This document shows positions 40,084-48,911 of a stretch of DNA of 64,000 bases, piece after piece; position 1 is the first letter of the stretch; every line of letters starts with the position of its first letter. The notes beneath the pieces are model-generated. The model was not told the origin of the DNA. It saw only the letters and a list, made by a program, of their open reading frames with translations, and did not search any database. The stretch comes from a phage, in sequence record PZ386951.1; one strand, given 5' to 3'. Both the position numbers and the translations under genes were made by a program.

Positions 40084-40677
40084 TTATTTCAGAGAATTAA
40101 TATATTCCTGAACATCGGCAGAGGTAGTTTCAACCCCAGAAATATTACCATTAAAGGTTTCAACTCGAGCAAGTGTGTCTTCAATATCAACCTTAGTCAG
40201 TGCTGCAATTTCAACTACATCATCAGCAGTACTAATTCCAAGGGCATTTGCTGCACGAGTTTCACGGATATATTCCAATTTAACTGCAAGTTCTTGGCGA
40301 GCATCATCTAACTCAACTACTTTCTTGGCGATTTCAATTCGCATTTCAGCATAACCATCAGCTTTAGTAGTCAGCTGTTCAGCTGTTCGACGATATAGCA
40401 AACCGAGTTTAGCATGCATTGTTACATCTTGACCTTCGGAAAGAAGCTTGCGAATTTCACGCTCTTTTGATTCGGCCTGTCGATTCTTTTCGGCAATAAG
40501 TTCACGAATACGTTTTTCTTCATTAATAGATTTAACAGAAGCAGTTTTTAGATCTTTAATTTTATCAAGTAGCTTTGCTGCTGCAGCAGTATACTGTTCT
40601 TCAACAGATAGATTTTTAGCCATAGCAGAACCAAGTTTAGTGCGAATAAACTCAACAATTTTCTTCAGTGTGTTCAT
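40084..40677 (-). CDS. coiled-coil protein, possibly PspA/IM30-like
   Basis: 197 aa, almost entirely helical with N-terminal amphipathic helix [15 protein letters not shown]; PspA similarity is an impression only. Confidence 0.4.
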   Translation of the reverse strand: MNTLKKIVEFIRTKLGSAMAKNLSVEEQYTAAAAKLLDKIKDLKTASVKSINEEKRIRELIAEKNRQAESKEREIRKLLSEGQDVTMHAKLGLLYRRTAEQLTTKADGYAEMRIEIAKKVVELDDARQELAVKLEYIRETRAANALGISTADDVVEIAALTKVDIEDTLARVETFNGNISGVETTSADVQEYINSLK

Positions 40678-40779
40678 AGTATTTCCTTAGGTTGATTAAG
40701 ATTTAAAATCTGTAAAAATTATTATATTCTATCATCAAATTATAGGCTCATAATATCTCAATCATGAGCCTATGCAAAC

Positions 40780-41055
40780 TTATTTCATATTATTGAAATA
40801 TTCTTCTGCGATTTCGTCGTTATCATGGTAAACTTTAGAAGACAGTTTAACATAACCTTCAGCAGTGAACATGTTAATCACAACCTTTACAGTATACCAC
40901 TGACCATCTTCATTACCCATTACTGCGTAAGTTTCAAACATTGGATGATCAGGACCGATAACTTTAATATCATTCACTGTACGACCGAAATCTTCTGAAA
41001 CGCATTTCATAAAGAAGTTGAACAGTTCGCCGTAATTATCCATTTCATTCTCCAA
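40780..41055 (-). CDS. hypothetical protein
   Basis: 91-aa ORF directly downstream of an early promoter. Confidence 0.45.
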   Translation of the reverse strand: MENEMDNYGELFNFFMKCVSEDFGRTVNDIKVIGPDHPMFETYAVMGNEDGQWYTVKVVINMFTAEGYVKLSSKVYHDNDEIAEEYFNNMK

Positions 41056-41086
41056 GTTGTTTTCTGTATCAGTAGTTGATAGTTGT

Positions 41087-41116
41087 ATAGTACCATGGAA
41101 GAACAGAGATGTAAAC
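41087..41116 (-). promoter_or_regulatory. sigma70-type early promoter within a repeated cassette
   Basis: On minus strand GTTTAC, 18-nt spacer, TACTAT. Confidence 0.5.
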
Positions 41117-41250
41117 CGTTTTGTGAAAAAATTTTAAAAATTTTTAGGGAATTCTAGGGTCAGGAGGGGCAATTAAAAGGTAGGATAATATATTATAAAG
41201 GGTATAAACTAAATGATGCCTAGAGAGGCCAAGAAAGGCCTAGATACAAA

Positions 41251-41277
41251 AAATCCCTATCATTTAGATAGGGATTT
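41251..41277 (-). terminator. intrinsic terminator-like hairpin after the 187-aa ORF
   Basis: 11-bp perfect inverted repeat aaatccctatc/gatagggattt followed by a U tract on the minus transcript. Confidence 0.5.
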
Positions 41278-41281
41278 AAAA

Positions 41282-41845
41282 TTATTTACCCAGTTTAGTT
41301 ATTATAGCTTCGGCAGCAGCTTTTAGCTTAGATGCAGTGTTAATACGATTTTTAATTTCAGTATACGCATCGCCAAGAACATCAAGGCTATCTGAATAAA
41401 CACTTACACTATTGCGTTCACTATTTGAAATAGAACCTTTAGTTTTACGATCAAAATCGGTGTACACGTCTTGAAGATCGCGGGCTGCCTTCTTTGCATC
41501 ATCCAATGCATCAAGAGCTTTATTTAAAGCATTAACATATTTTTTAGTGTCAAACATATTCTTAGAAATTTTGACGGGTGCGCGTTCAGGAGTAGCTAAG
41601 GCAGATTTAGGAACCTGAGCGCCTGATGCCAGTTTCTTAGAAATTTTGAAAAATGCTTTATTGAATTTATTTTCTTGACTCATCGTAAAAGAACTATTAT
41701 CGATGTTATACATTTCAATAGCTTTAGCTTTCCACTTAAGAAAATCGCCCCGGTCTTTTGGGTCCAAGTGGAAGAATACTTTAGTAAGATCTGCTTCAGA
41801 TGGTAATTTTGCTGCTTCGGTTAAAAATTCGGCATAGGTTTTCAT
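41282..41845 (-). CDS. internal-protein-like protein with capsid targeting sequence
   Basis: 187 aa; N-terminus MKTYAEFLTE followed by AAK. Confidence 0.5.
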   Translation of the reverse strand: MKTYAEFLTEAAKLPSEADLTKVFFHLDPKDRGDFLKWKAKAIEMYNIDNSSFTMSQENKFNKAFFKISKKLASGAQVPKSALATPERAPVKISKNMFDTKKYVNALNKALDALDDAKKAARDLQDVYTDFDRKTKGSISNSERNSVSVYSDSLDVLGDAYTEIKNRINTASKLKAAAEAIITKLGK

Positions 41846-41934
41846 TTAAAATCCTTGAAATAATTTATCGGTTGGTTATTAATTATTTATTACTTTGTTA
41901 TTATCCGTAACAGCATTCTCTATGCGATTCAAAC

Positions 41935-42270
41935 TAAAAAGCCCCAACCTTTCGGTCGGGGCTAAGCCTTGCGGCAACCTTGTCGGGGTTCCACCTGCTA
42001 AGGCAAGTGTTTGTACGAAACGCCGGGATTCGAACCCGGTTATTAAGTAGTTGACGCTACTCAATATTTTTAAAAGGCCATATCTCGACCATATCCGAAC
42101 GTTCCGTCAAAAACGCTACTCGGCTTACGGCAAAGATATTTCCTCGAATCGATAATTCGGTGCGCCGTTTCTGCTGTGATGTAAGGGGGCATTAACCGAT
42201 CGTAAAGATTTGTTAATGCCAGTCCTTACCCAGGGAACATCAGTCCGACGACTTACCGGTAGCGACCCGG
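41935..42270 (-). ncRNA. structured non-coding region downstream of tRNA-Arg; candidate small stable RNAs (T4 species 1/2 analogs)
   Basis: No credible ORF; tRNA-like T-arm CCGGGTTCGAATCCCGG around 42022-42040; long perfect hairpins near 42143-42157 and 42187-42219. Confidence 0.3.
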
Positions 42271-42279
42271 TTTCTTGTT

Positions 42280-42355
42280 TGGTCGAGGCAGTAGGGATCG
42301 AACCTACGACCTAGGACTTAGAAGGTCCTTGCTCTTCCTTCTGAGCTATGCCTCG
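42280..42355 (-). tRNA. tRNA-Arg (anticodon UCU)
   Basis: Hand-folded cloverleaf: acceptor CGAGGCA/TGCCTCG, anticodon loop CTTCTAA, T-loop TTCGATC, encoded CCA. Confidence 0.8.
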
Positions 42356-42359
42356 GATT

Positions 42360-42434
42360 TGGCGGACGTGATAGGATTCGAACCTATAACCAATCGCTTA
42401 ACAGGCGATCGCTCTGCCATTGAGCTACACATCC
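42360..42434 (-). tRNA. tRNA-Asn (anticodon GUU)
   Basis: Hand-folded: anticodon stem ATCGC/GCGAT, loop CTGTTAA, T-loop TTCGAAT, encoded CCA. Confidence 0.7.
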
Positions 42435-42438
42435 AAAT

Positions 42439-42525
42439 TGGTGGGGAGTGATGGAGTCGAACCACCCGAGTCGCAATGACAATGGATTTACAGTCCACAC
42501 CGCTACCTCTACGGGATAACTCCCC
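42439..42525 (-). tRNA. tRNA-Tyr (anticodon GUA), class II with long variable arm
   Basis: Hand-folded: acceptor GGGGAGT/ACTCCCC, anticodon loop CTGTAAA, long variable arm, T-loop TTCGACT, encoded CCA. Confidence 0.65.
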
Positions 42526-42537
42526 TAATTCATAATT

Positions 42538-42612
42538 TGGTGGCCCTGGGTGGAATTGAACCACCATCTGGCGATTATGAGTCGCTTGCTTGAACCTTCC
42601 AGCTACAGGGCC
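42538..42612 (-). tRNA. tRNA with CAU anticodon (Ile2 lysidine-type, as in T4, or Met)
   Basis: Hand-folded: acceptor GGCCCTG/CAGGGCC, anticodon loop CTCATAA, T-loop TTCAATT, encoded CCA. Confidence 0.7.
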
Positions 42613-42621
42613 AAATTTTTC

Positions 42622-43107
42622 TTATTTTATGTAATATTTATTTAAAAACTTTCTAGCTTGAGTGTGGCTAACATTTATAGCATTTGCATAATTTTTAATA
42701 AAACCTCGTTCATCCATATTAAAATTTTCTAATATTTTTAATCGTCTAGTTATCTCATCTTGACTTAAAGTACTTGCATTATTTTTAGAAATTTTTTCTA
42801 AGGACTGAACTGAGTGTTTTCGACCACTAAAATTAAAATTTTTAGATTTTGGAGGAAATCTATCATTTAGTCTGGCATCTTTTGTATTTTGATTATTGGT
42901 TGCGCAATATATGTTATTTAATGAATACGGTCCTTTATCACCAAAACGACACATGCAGTATTCATGACCCTTTCTTCCACGCTTATCATAATTTCCCGTT
43001 GATTTCCACCAATGCAACCACTCATCAAAAGTTAAATTCCATTCAATGTTTCTACGTATAGCAGAATTCCGCTGAGAAATATATTTTGCATAATCTTCTT
43101 TCATCAC
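42622..43107 (-). CDS. putative HNH-like homing endonuclease embedded in the tRNA cluster
   Basis: 161 aa; HEYCMCRFGDKGPYSLNNIYCATNNQN resembles a degenerate HNH/His-Me finger; C-terminal helix-turn-helix-like segment; sits between the two tRNA subclusters. Confidence 0.45.
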   Translation of the reverse strand: MMKEDYAKYISQRNSAIRRNIEWNLTFDEWLHWWKSTGNYDKRGRKGHEYCMCRFGDKGPYSLNNIYCATNNQNTKDARLNDRFPPKSKNFNFSGRKHSVQSLEKISKNNASTLSQDEITRRLKILENFNMDERGFIKNYANAINVSHTQARKFLNKYYIK

Positions 43108-43151
43108 AAATTTCTCTACTTATTACATACACTAAGCTAAATCAGCAAAAC

Positions 43152-43241
43152 TGGCGGAGGCGATAGGATTTGAACCTATGAGTCGCCGGAGCGACTGCCG
43201 GTTTTCAAGACCGGTGCATTAAACCACTCTGCCACGCCTCC
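43152..43241 (-). tRNA. tRNA-Ser (anticodon UGA), class II
   Basis: Hand-folded: acceptor GGAGGCG/CGCCTCC, anticodon loop CTTGAAA, long variable arm, T-loop TTCAAAT, encoded CCA. Confidence 0.8.
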
Positions 43242-43243
43242 AG

Positions 43244-43317
43244 TCTCCACGGCAGGATTTGAACCTGCGACATTCTGCTCCCAAAGCAGACGCTCTACCA
43301 AACTGAGCTACACGGAG
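43244..43317 (-). tRNA. tRNA-Pro (anticodon UGG), CCA not encoded
   Basis: Hand-folded: anticodon stem TCTGC/GCAGA, loop TTTGGGA, T-loop TTCAAAT; 3' end abuts tRNA-Ser without CCA. Confidence 0.7.
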
Positions 43318-43327
43318 TAAATTAAAT

Positions 43328-43401
<74 letters not shown>

Positions 43402-43406
43402 AAATT

Positions 43407-43493
43407 TGGTGCGAGAAGTGGGACTCGAACCCACAAGGAAATCATTCCGCAGCATTTTAAGTGCTGTGCCTTTACCAATTTGACCATTCTCGC
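43407..43493 (-). tRNA. tRNA-Leu (anticodon UAA), class II
   Basis: Hand-folded: acceptor GCGAGAA/TTCTCGC, anticodon loop CTTAAAA, long variable arm, T-loop TTCGAGT, encoded CCA. Confidence 0.8.
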
Positions 43494-43494
43494 G

Positions 43495-43567
43495 CTGGGA
43501 ATAAAGGACTCGAACCTTTGCATCTAGCAGTCAAAGTGCTATGCCTTACCAACTTGGCTAATTCCCA
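43495..43567 (-). tRNA. tRNA-Gln (anticodon UUG), CCA not encoded; 1 nt from tRNA-Leu
   Basis: Hand-folded: acceptor TGGGAAT/ATTCCCA, anticodon loop CTTTGAC, T-loop TTCGAGT. Confidence 0.75.
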
Positions 43568-43664
43568 ATTATTAACAAAGGCTCTTAAGCAAGAACCCTT
43601 GATGATAGAGGGTATTAATCAGTGCGATATGAGTTAATAATAACAAATAATTCTTAAAGCATAT

Positions 43665-43952
43665 TTACCATTTATGATAATACATATTTACGATGCATTC
43701 AAGACCCAAAGGATTCTTGAAAATATCATATTCAAGAGGACCTTTTTCCGTTTCAATAAAGAAATCAAAGTTAACTGTATTAAATTTACGGTCTTCCTTC
43801 ACTAATTTAACTTGAGAAGATGAACGGTCAATGTAAACCTTTTCAACTTCAAAACATGTTAAAACGCCATAATCATCAATCAAGGCTTTAGCCGCGTCTT
43901 GATCATATTTATATCCATTTTCAATGGACGATACTTTAGCATAAAGAATCAT
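43665..43952 (-). CDS. hypothetical protein
   Basis: 95-aa ORF between tRNA cluster and the ipI-position gene. Confidence 0.4.
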   Translation of the reverse strand: MILYAKVSSIENGYKYDQDAAKALIDDYGVLTCFEVEKVYIDRSSSQVKLVKEDRKFNTVNFDFFIETEKGPLEYDIFKNPLGLECIVNMYYHKW

Positions 43953-43955
43953 TAT

Positions 43956-44336
43956 TTACCCTTCATCAACAATAGTATGAGTGTGGGCATTTACAATTTG
44001 CCACCAATCAAAGCGATTAGAACCATACATTGGTTTGTTCTCATTTTCTTTGATAATGTCACGGAGTTCATCTTCGGTAGCGGCTTTCGCGATTAAATCA
44101 GCATATCCACCGCGAGGATAATAATTATCACCTGCAAAAAGTAAAAAGTTCGGTTTAATATTATTGAACTCTTCAAGAGTAATAACTTTTCCTGTCGGTT
44201 GAACAATCTCTACATATTTATATCCTAATTTTTGAGCAGCATCTACTGCTTCAAGCAAAGTATCATGAGCCCATCCAATTTGACAACCTGGCTTTTCAGA
44301 TGGATTAGCCTGATAATCCGCGTACACTTTATACAT
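43956..44336 (-). CDS. hypothetical protein; start taken at internal Met
   Basis: Track ORF 139 aa; start at MYKVYADYQ avoids overlap with the upstream ORF. Confidence 0.4.
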   Translation of the reverse strand: MYKVYADYQANPSEKPGCQIGWAHDTLLEAVDAAQKLGYKYVEIVQPTGKVITLEEFNNIKPNFLLFAGDNYYPRGGYADLIAKAATEDELRDIIKENENKPMYGSNRFDWWQIVNAHTHTIVDEG

Positions 44337-44337
44337 T

Positions 44338-44523
44338 CTATTCACCTTTAGAAATTTTATCCATAACGATAGCAATTAAACCAATTAAAAATGCTACTAC
44401 AAGTGAAAAAACATTTTCTGCTGTAGTCAATAATCCGCATATAAATCCAACAAACATTGAAAAACTAAAAGCAGAAGCAGAAATTGCAATAGCAACATTT
44501 CGAATTAATTCACAACGTTTCAT
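44338..44523 (-). CDS. small membrane protein
   Basis: 61 aa, two hydrophobic helices. Confidence 0.4.
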   Translation of the reverse strand: MKRCELIRNVAIAISASAFSFSMFVGFICGLLTTAENVFSLVVAFLIGLIAIVMDKISKGE

Positions 44524-44551
44524 TTTATTCTCCTCAGTAGTTGATAGGGTA

Positions 44552-44581
44552 ATAGTATCACTACCCTATCTAAAAGTAAAC
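44552..44581 (-). promoter_or_regulatory. sigma70-type early promoter with palindromic spacer
   Basis: On minus strand GTTTAC, 18-nt spacer, TACTAT; spacer contains inverted repeat gatagggta/taccctatc. Confidence 0.5.
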
Positions 44582-44815
44582 TCATTTTTTACGAAAAATT
44601 GATTTATTTTCTGCTGCCCATTTTTCAATAACTGCAGCCGGACCAGTAACAACAATTTTATCACCGTAATCTTCTGCGGCGAGTTGACCGAAATTATCTA
44701 ATGCATCACGAAGAACTCCATGAGGCATTTCACCCATTTTATCTTTCTTGCCAGTGTAAATAAACTCAACTTTTACATCAGAAGATTCAGCGATAAATTC
44801 TTTAAACGTTTTCAT
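44582..44815 (-). CDS. internal-protein-like protein with capsid targeting sequence at the ipI locus
   Basis: 77 aa; N-terminus MKTFKEFIAE followed by SS; directly upstream of 57B as for T4 ipI; shorter than T4 IPI as recalled. Confidence 0.5.
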   Translation of the reverse strand: MKTFKEFIAESSDVKVEFIYTGKKDKMGEMPHGVLRDALDNFGQLAAEDYGDKIVVTGPAAVIEKWAAENKSIFRKK

Positions 44816-44845
44816 TTTATTTTCCTAATTAATTTTGATGAGATA

Positions 44846-44875
44846 ATAGTATCACTACCTCATCAGCATGTAAAC
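44846..44875 (-). promoter_or_regulatory. sigma70-type early promoter with palindromic spacer
   Basis: On minus strand GTTTAC, 18-nt spacer, TACTAT. Confidence 0.5.
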
Positions 44876-44887
44876 AACTTTGTGAAA

Positions 44888-45584
<697 letters not shown>

Positions 45585-45585
<1 letters not shown>

Positions 45586-46310
45586 TATAGTACCTTTAGT
45601 GTATTTTTAATTTTAGAAAAAAGTTCTTCAAGAGAACCATCGTTTGTAATTACTAAATCGCCATCACGAATTGGCAATCCAGCTTCTGTAATATGTTTAT
45701 CATTGGATTTTTGACCAGGACGAACTACATGAATTACTGTAGCACCCATCGCCCTAGCCGCATCCATTTCATGATCTTGACGAGTATCAGGAACGATATA
45801 ATAATCATAACCTGAGTTAAATTTATCAAGATAATCTAAAGCAAATAATTTTACCCAGTACATGCGATCGAAGTTATTAACAATCAAATCCGTACCTAGG
45901 GCTTGCATCAGACGACGGACTGACCATTGATCTTCAATATTATTTATAACGTCAGTAATCTTGTTAAATGCTACGAAATTAACTGATTCTTTTCCTTCGT
46001 CATTAAAAACAAACACACCTTTAATTGGGCTTTTACCATTAAGATAGCAAAATGCTTGTTCCATAATCGTGATTACTTCTAATTTAGTCAGATTTAAATT
46101 AGTCTCACGATCATAGTCAATTCCTTCAAACTCTTTACGAGTTAAGCAAGGATAGTCAGTGTTTGCTGCAAATACTCCCCATGCATAAGCCAATGCATCC
46201 TTAATAGGACCAGCAAGTTGGTATTTAACTGCAGAATAATTGCTCATGATAAAATCAGCAGTAGTATCTTTTCCACTACGCTTTACACCGCTTAAAAAGA
46301 TTAGTTTCAT
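45585..46310 (-). CDS. 1: deoxynucleoside monophosphate kinase gp1
   Basis: Start taken at MKLIFLSGVKRSGKDT (241 aa); P-loop; matches T4 gp1 as recalled. Confidence 0.9.
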
Positions 46311-46359
46311 GTGTTTCTCCTCAAATTTAATTAAGATTATAACACACAAAACTGAAGCA

Positions 46360-46890
46360 TTAAACTTCCGCTATAATTTTTCCGTCTTTTTCTACTTGAA
46401 AATAGGTGTAAGGAATCGTTGCAGTACATACTAAAGCCGGGTCTGAATCTTCTGTGTAGCTAAATTCTACTTCAGATAGGTCAGAAACCCAAGGCTTATA
46501 AAAATTTATTGACATCACGATTTCAGTTTTACTATTATCTAAAATGTAAAGCGTAATGTACTCAGGACCTGTTTTTTGGGCAGTATTTTCACCTGTAAGA
46601 TAGTTGCTAGTTCCTAGCATCCATTCATACATTCCTATCCACGACTTAAGTTCTTCATCAACTATAAATCTCACGATGAGTGGATCATACTCAAATGTAA
46701 CACCTGGACGTTGCGCTCGGCCCAGTCCAAACGGCCCAGTCACGGTATCAGTAACAGGTATTCTAATTCCTGGAATAGGAACTGACTGAGCATTTAAAGT
46801 AAAAGCAGATGTAGTATTACTATGTGGTATTGATACTACAAAGTTAGTTGTATTTGCTTGGTTAAAAATTTGTTGCAGAGCTTGCGACAT
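46360..46890 (-). CDS. 3: tail tube terminator (tail completion) gp3
   Basis: Start taken at internal MSQALQQIFNQ giving 176 aa; T4 position between genes 1 and 2. Confidence 0.8.
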   Translation of the reverse strand: MSQALQQIFNQANTTNFVVSIPHSNTTSAFTLNAQSVPIPGIRIPVTDTVTGPFGLGRAQRPGVTFEYDPLIVRFIVDEELKSWIGMYEWMLGTSNYLTGENTAQKTGPEYITLYILDNSKTEIVMSINFYKPWVSDLSEVEFSYTEDSDPALVCTATIPYTYFQVEKDGKIIAEV

Positions 46891-46996
46891 ATATTCCTCA
46901 TAATGCTTTATAACTGTTGGTGGTATAATGGGTCTAAGTCCCTTCCATTCAATTCCATTTAGAACAAACAACAGAAAAGAATGGAAGATAATAGAA

Positions 46997-47821
46997 TTAG
47001 ATATTTGACCAGACTTTGTTTGCAGAGAAACGTTTTCCTTTTGAAACGAACTGCTGAAGTGGCATCAACACAACGTTCGCCCAGTCTTTCGGGGCGATTT
47101 CAACAAGGCTACCCATAATATTACCAGGTATATATGCCTTAATCATTTGGTCTGCACCCCTAAATCCTTTCACTTGACTCCAATCAATTTTTAATTTCGT
47201 TTTATTAGTAATAGTAGGTGTATTTGAATATTGCTTTAAAAGCTCTTCTAGAAATTGCTGACGAGCTTTAGGTGGAATATAGTGCAAGTTTAATCCGTAC
47301 ATTAAATTATGCTTACCTAAACCAAGGTAAATTATCAAAGGAAATTTATCCCAGTAAGGAAGAGTTTCCTTGTGTTTAGCATCATAAGCAAAAGCATATA
47401 TTCGTCCCGGCTGCGGGCGAACAACTTTGTGTCCTTTTACTTGCTTAATAGTTTCAGCAAACCATTTTCTGGTTTTATTATTAATTGCTGCGCCTTCATT
47501 ACGAATTTTATCACGCAATGTTTGTCTGAATGAATTTATCATAAGCAGTTGTCTTTCTTGCTTATTGAGCTTATTCATTGGTTTTGATTCAAGCTTTTGA
47601 ATCTTTTCAGCTGTTTTAATTCCTGAAGCATATTTTGACATTGCTGAAGTAAACGTAGAGTATTTGATTCCTCTTTCTTCAGCAAATTGCTTTCCTGTCA
47701 TTCCTTTTGCTTTGGCCTTTTTATATTCAAGACCTATCTGAATCCATTTCTTTTCGTTTAATGATTGCTTAACCTTTGGAACTTGGGGAGTGCTTTCATT
47801 AATTATTTGAAAAATAGCCAT
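46997..47821 (-). CDS. 2: DNA end-protecting protein gp2
   Basis: 274-aa ORF; T4 position and size. Confidence 0.88.
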   Translation of the reverse strand: MAIFQIINESTPQVPKVKQSLNEKKWIQIGLEYKKAKAKGMTGKQFAEERGIKYSTFTSAMSKYASGIKTAEKIQKLESKPMNKLNKQERQLLMINSFRQTLRDKIRNEGAAINNKTRKWFAETIKQVKGHKVVRPQPGRIYAFAYDAKHKETLPYWDKFPLIIYLGLGKHNLMYGLNLHYIPPKARQQFLEELLKQYSNTPTITNKTKLKIDWSQVKGFRGADQMIKAYIPGNIMGSLVEIAPKDWANVVLMPLQQFVSKGKRFSANKVWSNI

Positions 47822-48273
47822 TATGCCCCCTTAAAGCCAAGAGCTCGTAATCCATCTTCTGTTAGAATTCTAAATTTTATTCCACGCTTTTCAGCTAAAG
47901 ATTGTGCTGCTTTCCATTTGTCAGTGTTCACAGACCAGGTATAAATTTCATTCATAAATCTTTTCTTCGCTGCGGTTGTTAGATGTGCCGGTTTAACTGG
48001 TGGTTGTGTTTCTTTTTTAGGTTTTATTTCAATAAAAAATTCTTGTCCAGAAGAATCTTTCATCCAAATATCCATGAAGTATCTACGTTTTTTCCCTTCT
48101 GCATTGCAAAAATACGGAATTACTGCTGTTTCACTACCCCATGCAATAATTTCTGGATTTTTATCTAACCATTCAAAAAAGAATTTTTCCCAATTTGATC
48201 TATACGTAATTTTTTTAGGGTCACCTCTATACTTTGATATATTTTTAGGAACCCATTTTCCAGAATATGCCAT
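47821..48273 (-). CDS. 4: head completion protein gp4
   Basis: 150-aa ORF; start overlaps gene 2 region; T4 position and size. Confidence 0.88.
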   Translation of the reverse strand: MAYSGKWVPKNISKYRGDPKKITYRSNWEKFFFEWLDKNPEIIAWGSETAVIPYFCNAEGKKRRYFMDIWMKDSSGQEFFIEIKPKKETQPPVKPAHLTTAAKKRFMNEIYTWSVNTDKWKAAQSLAEKRGIKFRILTEDGLRALGFKGA

Positions 48274-48284
48274 TGGATTCTCCT

Positions 48285-48292
48285 TATAAATA
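48285..48292 (+). promoter_or_regulatory. late promoter TATAAATA for gene 53
   Basis: Exact TATAAATA about 30 nt upstream of gene 53 ATG. Confidence 0.6.
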
Positions 48293-48299
48293 GATAATA

Positions 48300-48307
48300 T
48301 ATTTATA
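48300..48307 (-). promoter_or_regulatory. late promoter TATAAATA (minus strand) for genes 4-2-3, divergent from the gene 53 promoter
   Basis: Plus-strand tatttata is the reverse complement of TATAAATA, upstream of gene 4 start at 48273. Confidence 0.55.
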
Positions 48308-48320
48308 AACAGGAGGGCCC

Positions 48321-48911
48321 ATGCTCTTTACATTTTTTGATCCGATTGAATATGCGGCCAAAACGGTGAATAAAAACGCGCCGACTATTCCTATGACAGA
48401 TATTTTTAGAAACTATAAAGACTATTTTAAACGCGCTCTTGCGGGATACCGCTTACGTACTTATTATATTAAAGGTTCACCCCGCCCAGAAGAATTAGCA
48501 AATGCTATATATGGAAATCCGCAGTTGTATTGGGTTTTATTGATGTGTAATGATAATTACGATCCGTATTATGGATGGATTACTTCACAGGAAGCTGCTT
48601 ATCAAGCATCTATACAAAAATACAAAAATGTAGGTGGAGACCAAATAGTATATCATGTAAATGAAAACGGTGAAAAATTTTATAATTTAATATCATACGA
48701 TGATGATCCATATGTTTGGTATGATAAAGGCGATAAAGCTAGAAAATATCCTCAATATGAAGGAGCACTTGCTGCGGTCGATACGTATGAAGCGGCTGTT
48801 CTTGAAAATGAAAAACTTCGTCAAATAAAAATAATAGCAAAATCAGACATCAATTCATTTATGAACGACCTTATACGTATAATGGAGAAATCTTATGGAA
48901 ATGATAAGTAA
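48321..48911 (+). CDS. 53: baseplate wedge protein gp53
   Basis: 196-aa ORF; T4 position and size. Confidence 0.9.
   Translation: MLFTFFDPIEYAAKTVNKNAPTIPMTDIFRNYKDYFKRALAGYRLRTYYIKGSPRPEELANAIYGNPQLYWVLLMCNDNYDPYYGWITSQEAAYQASIQKYKNVGGDQIVYHVNENGEKFYNLISYDDDPYVWYDKGDKARKYPQYEGALAAVDTYEAAVLENEKLRQIKIIAKSDINSFMNDLIRIMEKSYGNDK

Noticed and set aside
41879-42064. 61-aa minus-strand ORF overlapping the structured region after tRNA-Arg
   Set aside because: Overlaps tRNA-like stem-loops and has no start context; treated as non-coding RNA region.
42346-42567. 73-aa ORF across tRNA-Asn, tRNA-Tyr and tRNA-Ile
   Set aside because: Spans three well-folded tRNAs; translation is an artefact of GC-rich tRNA sequence.
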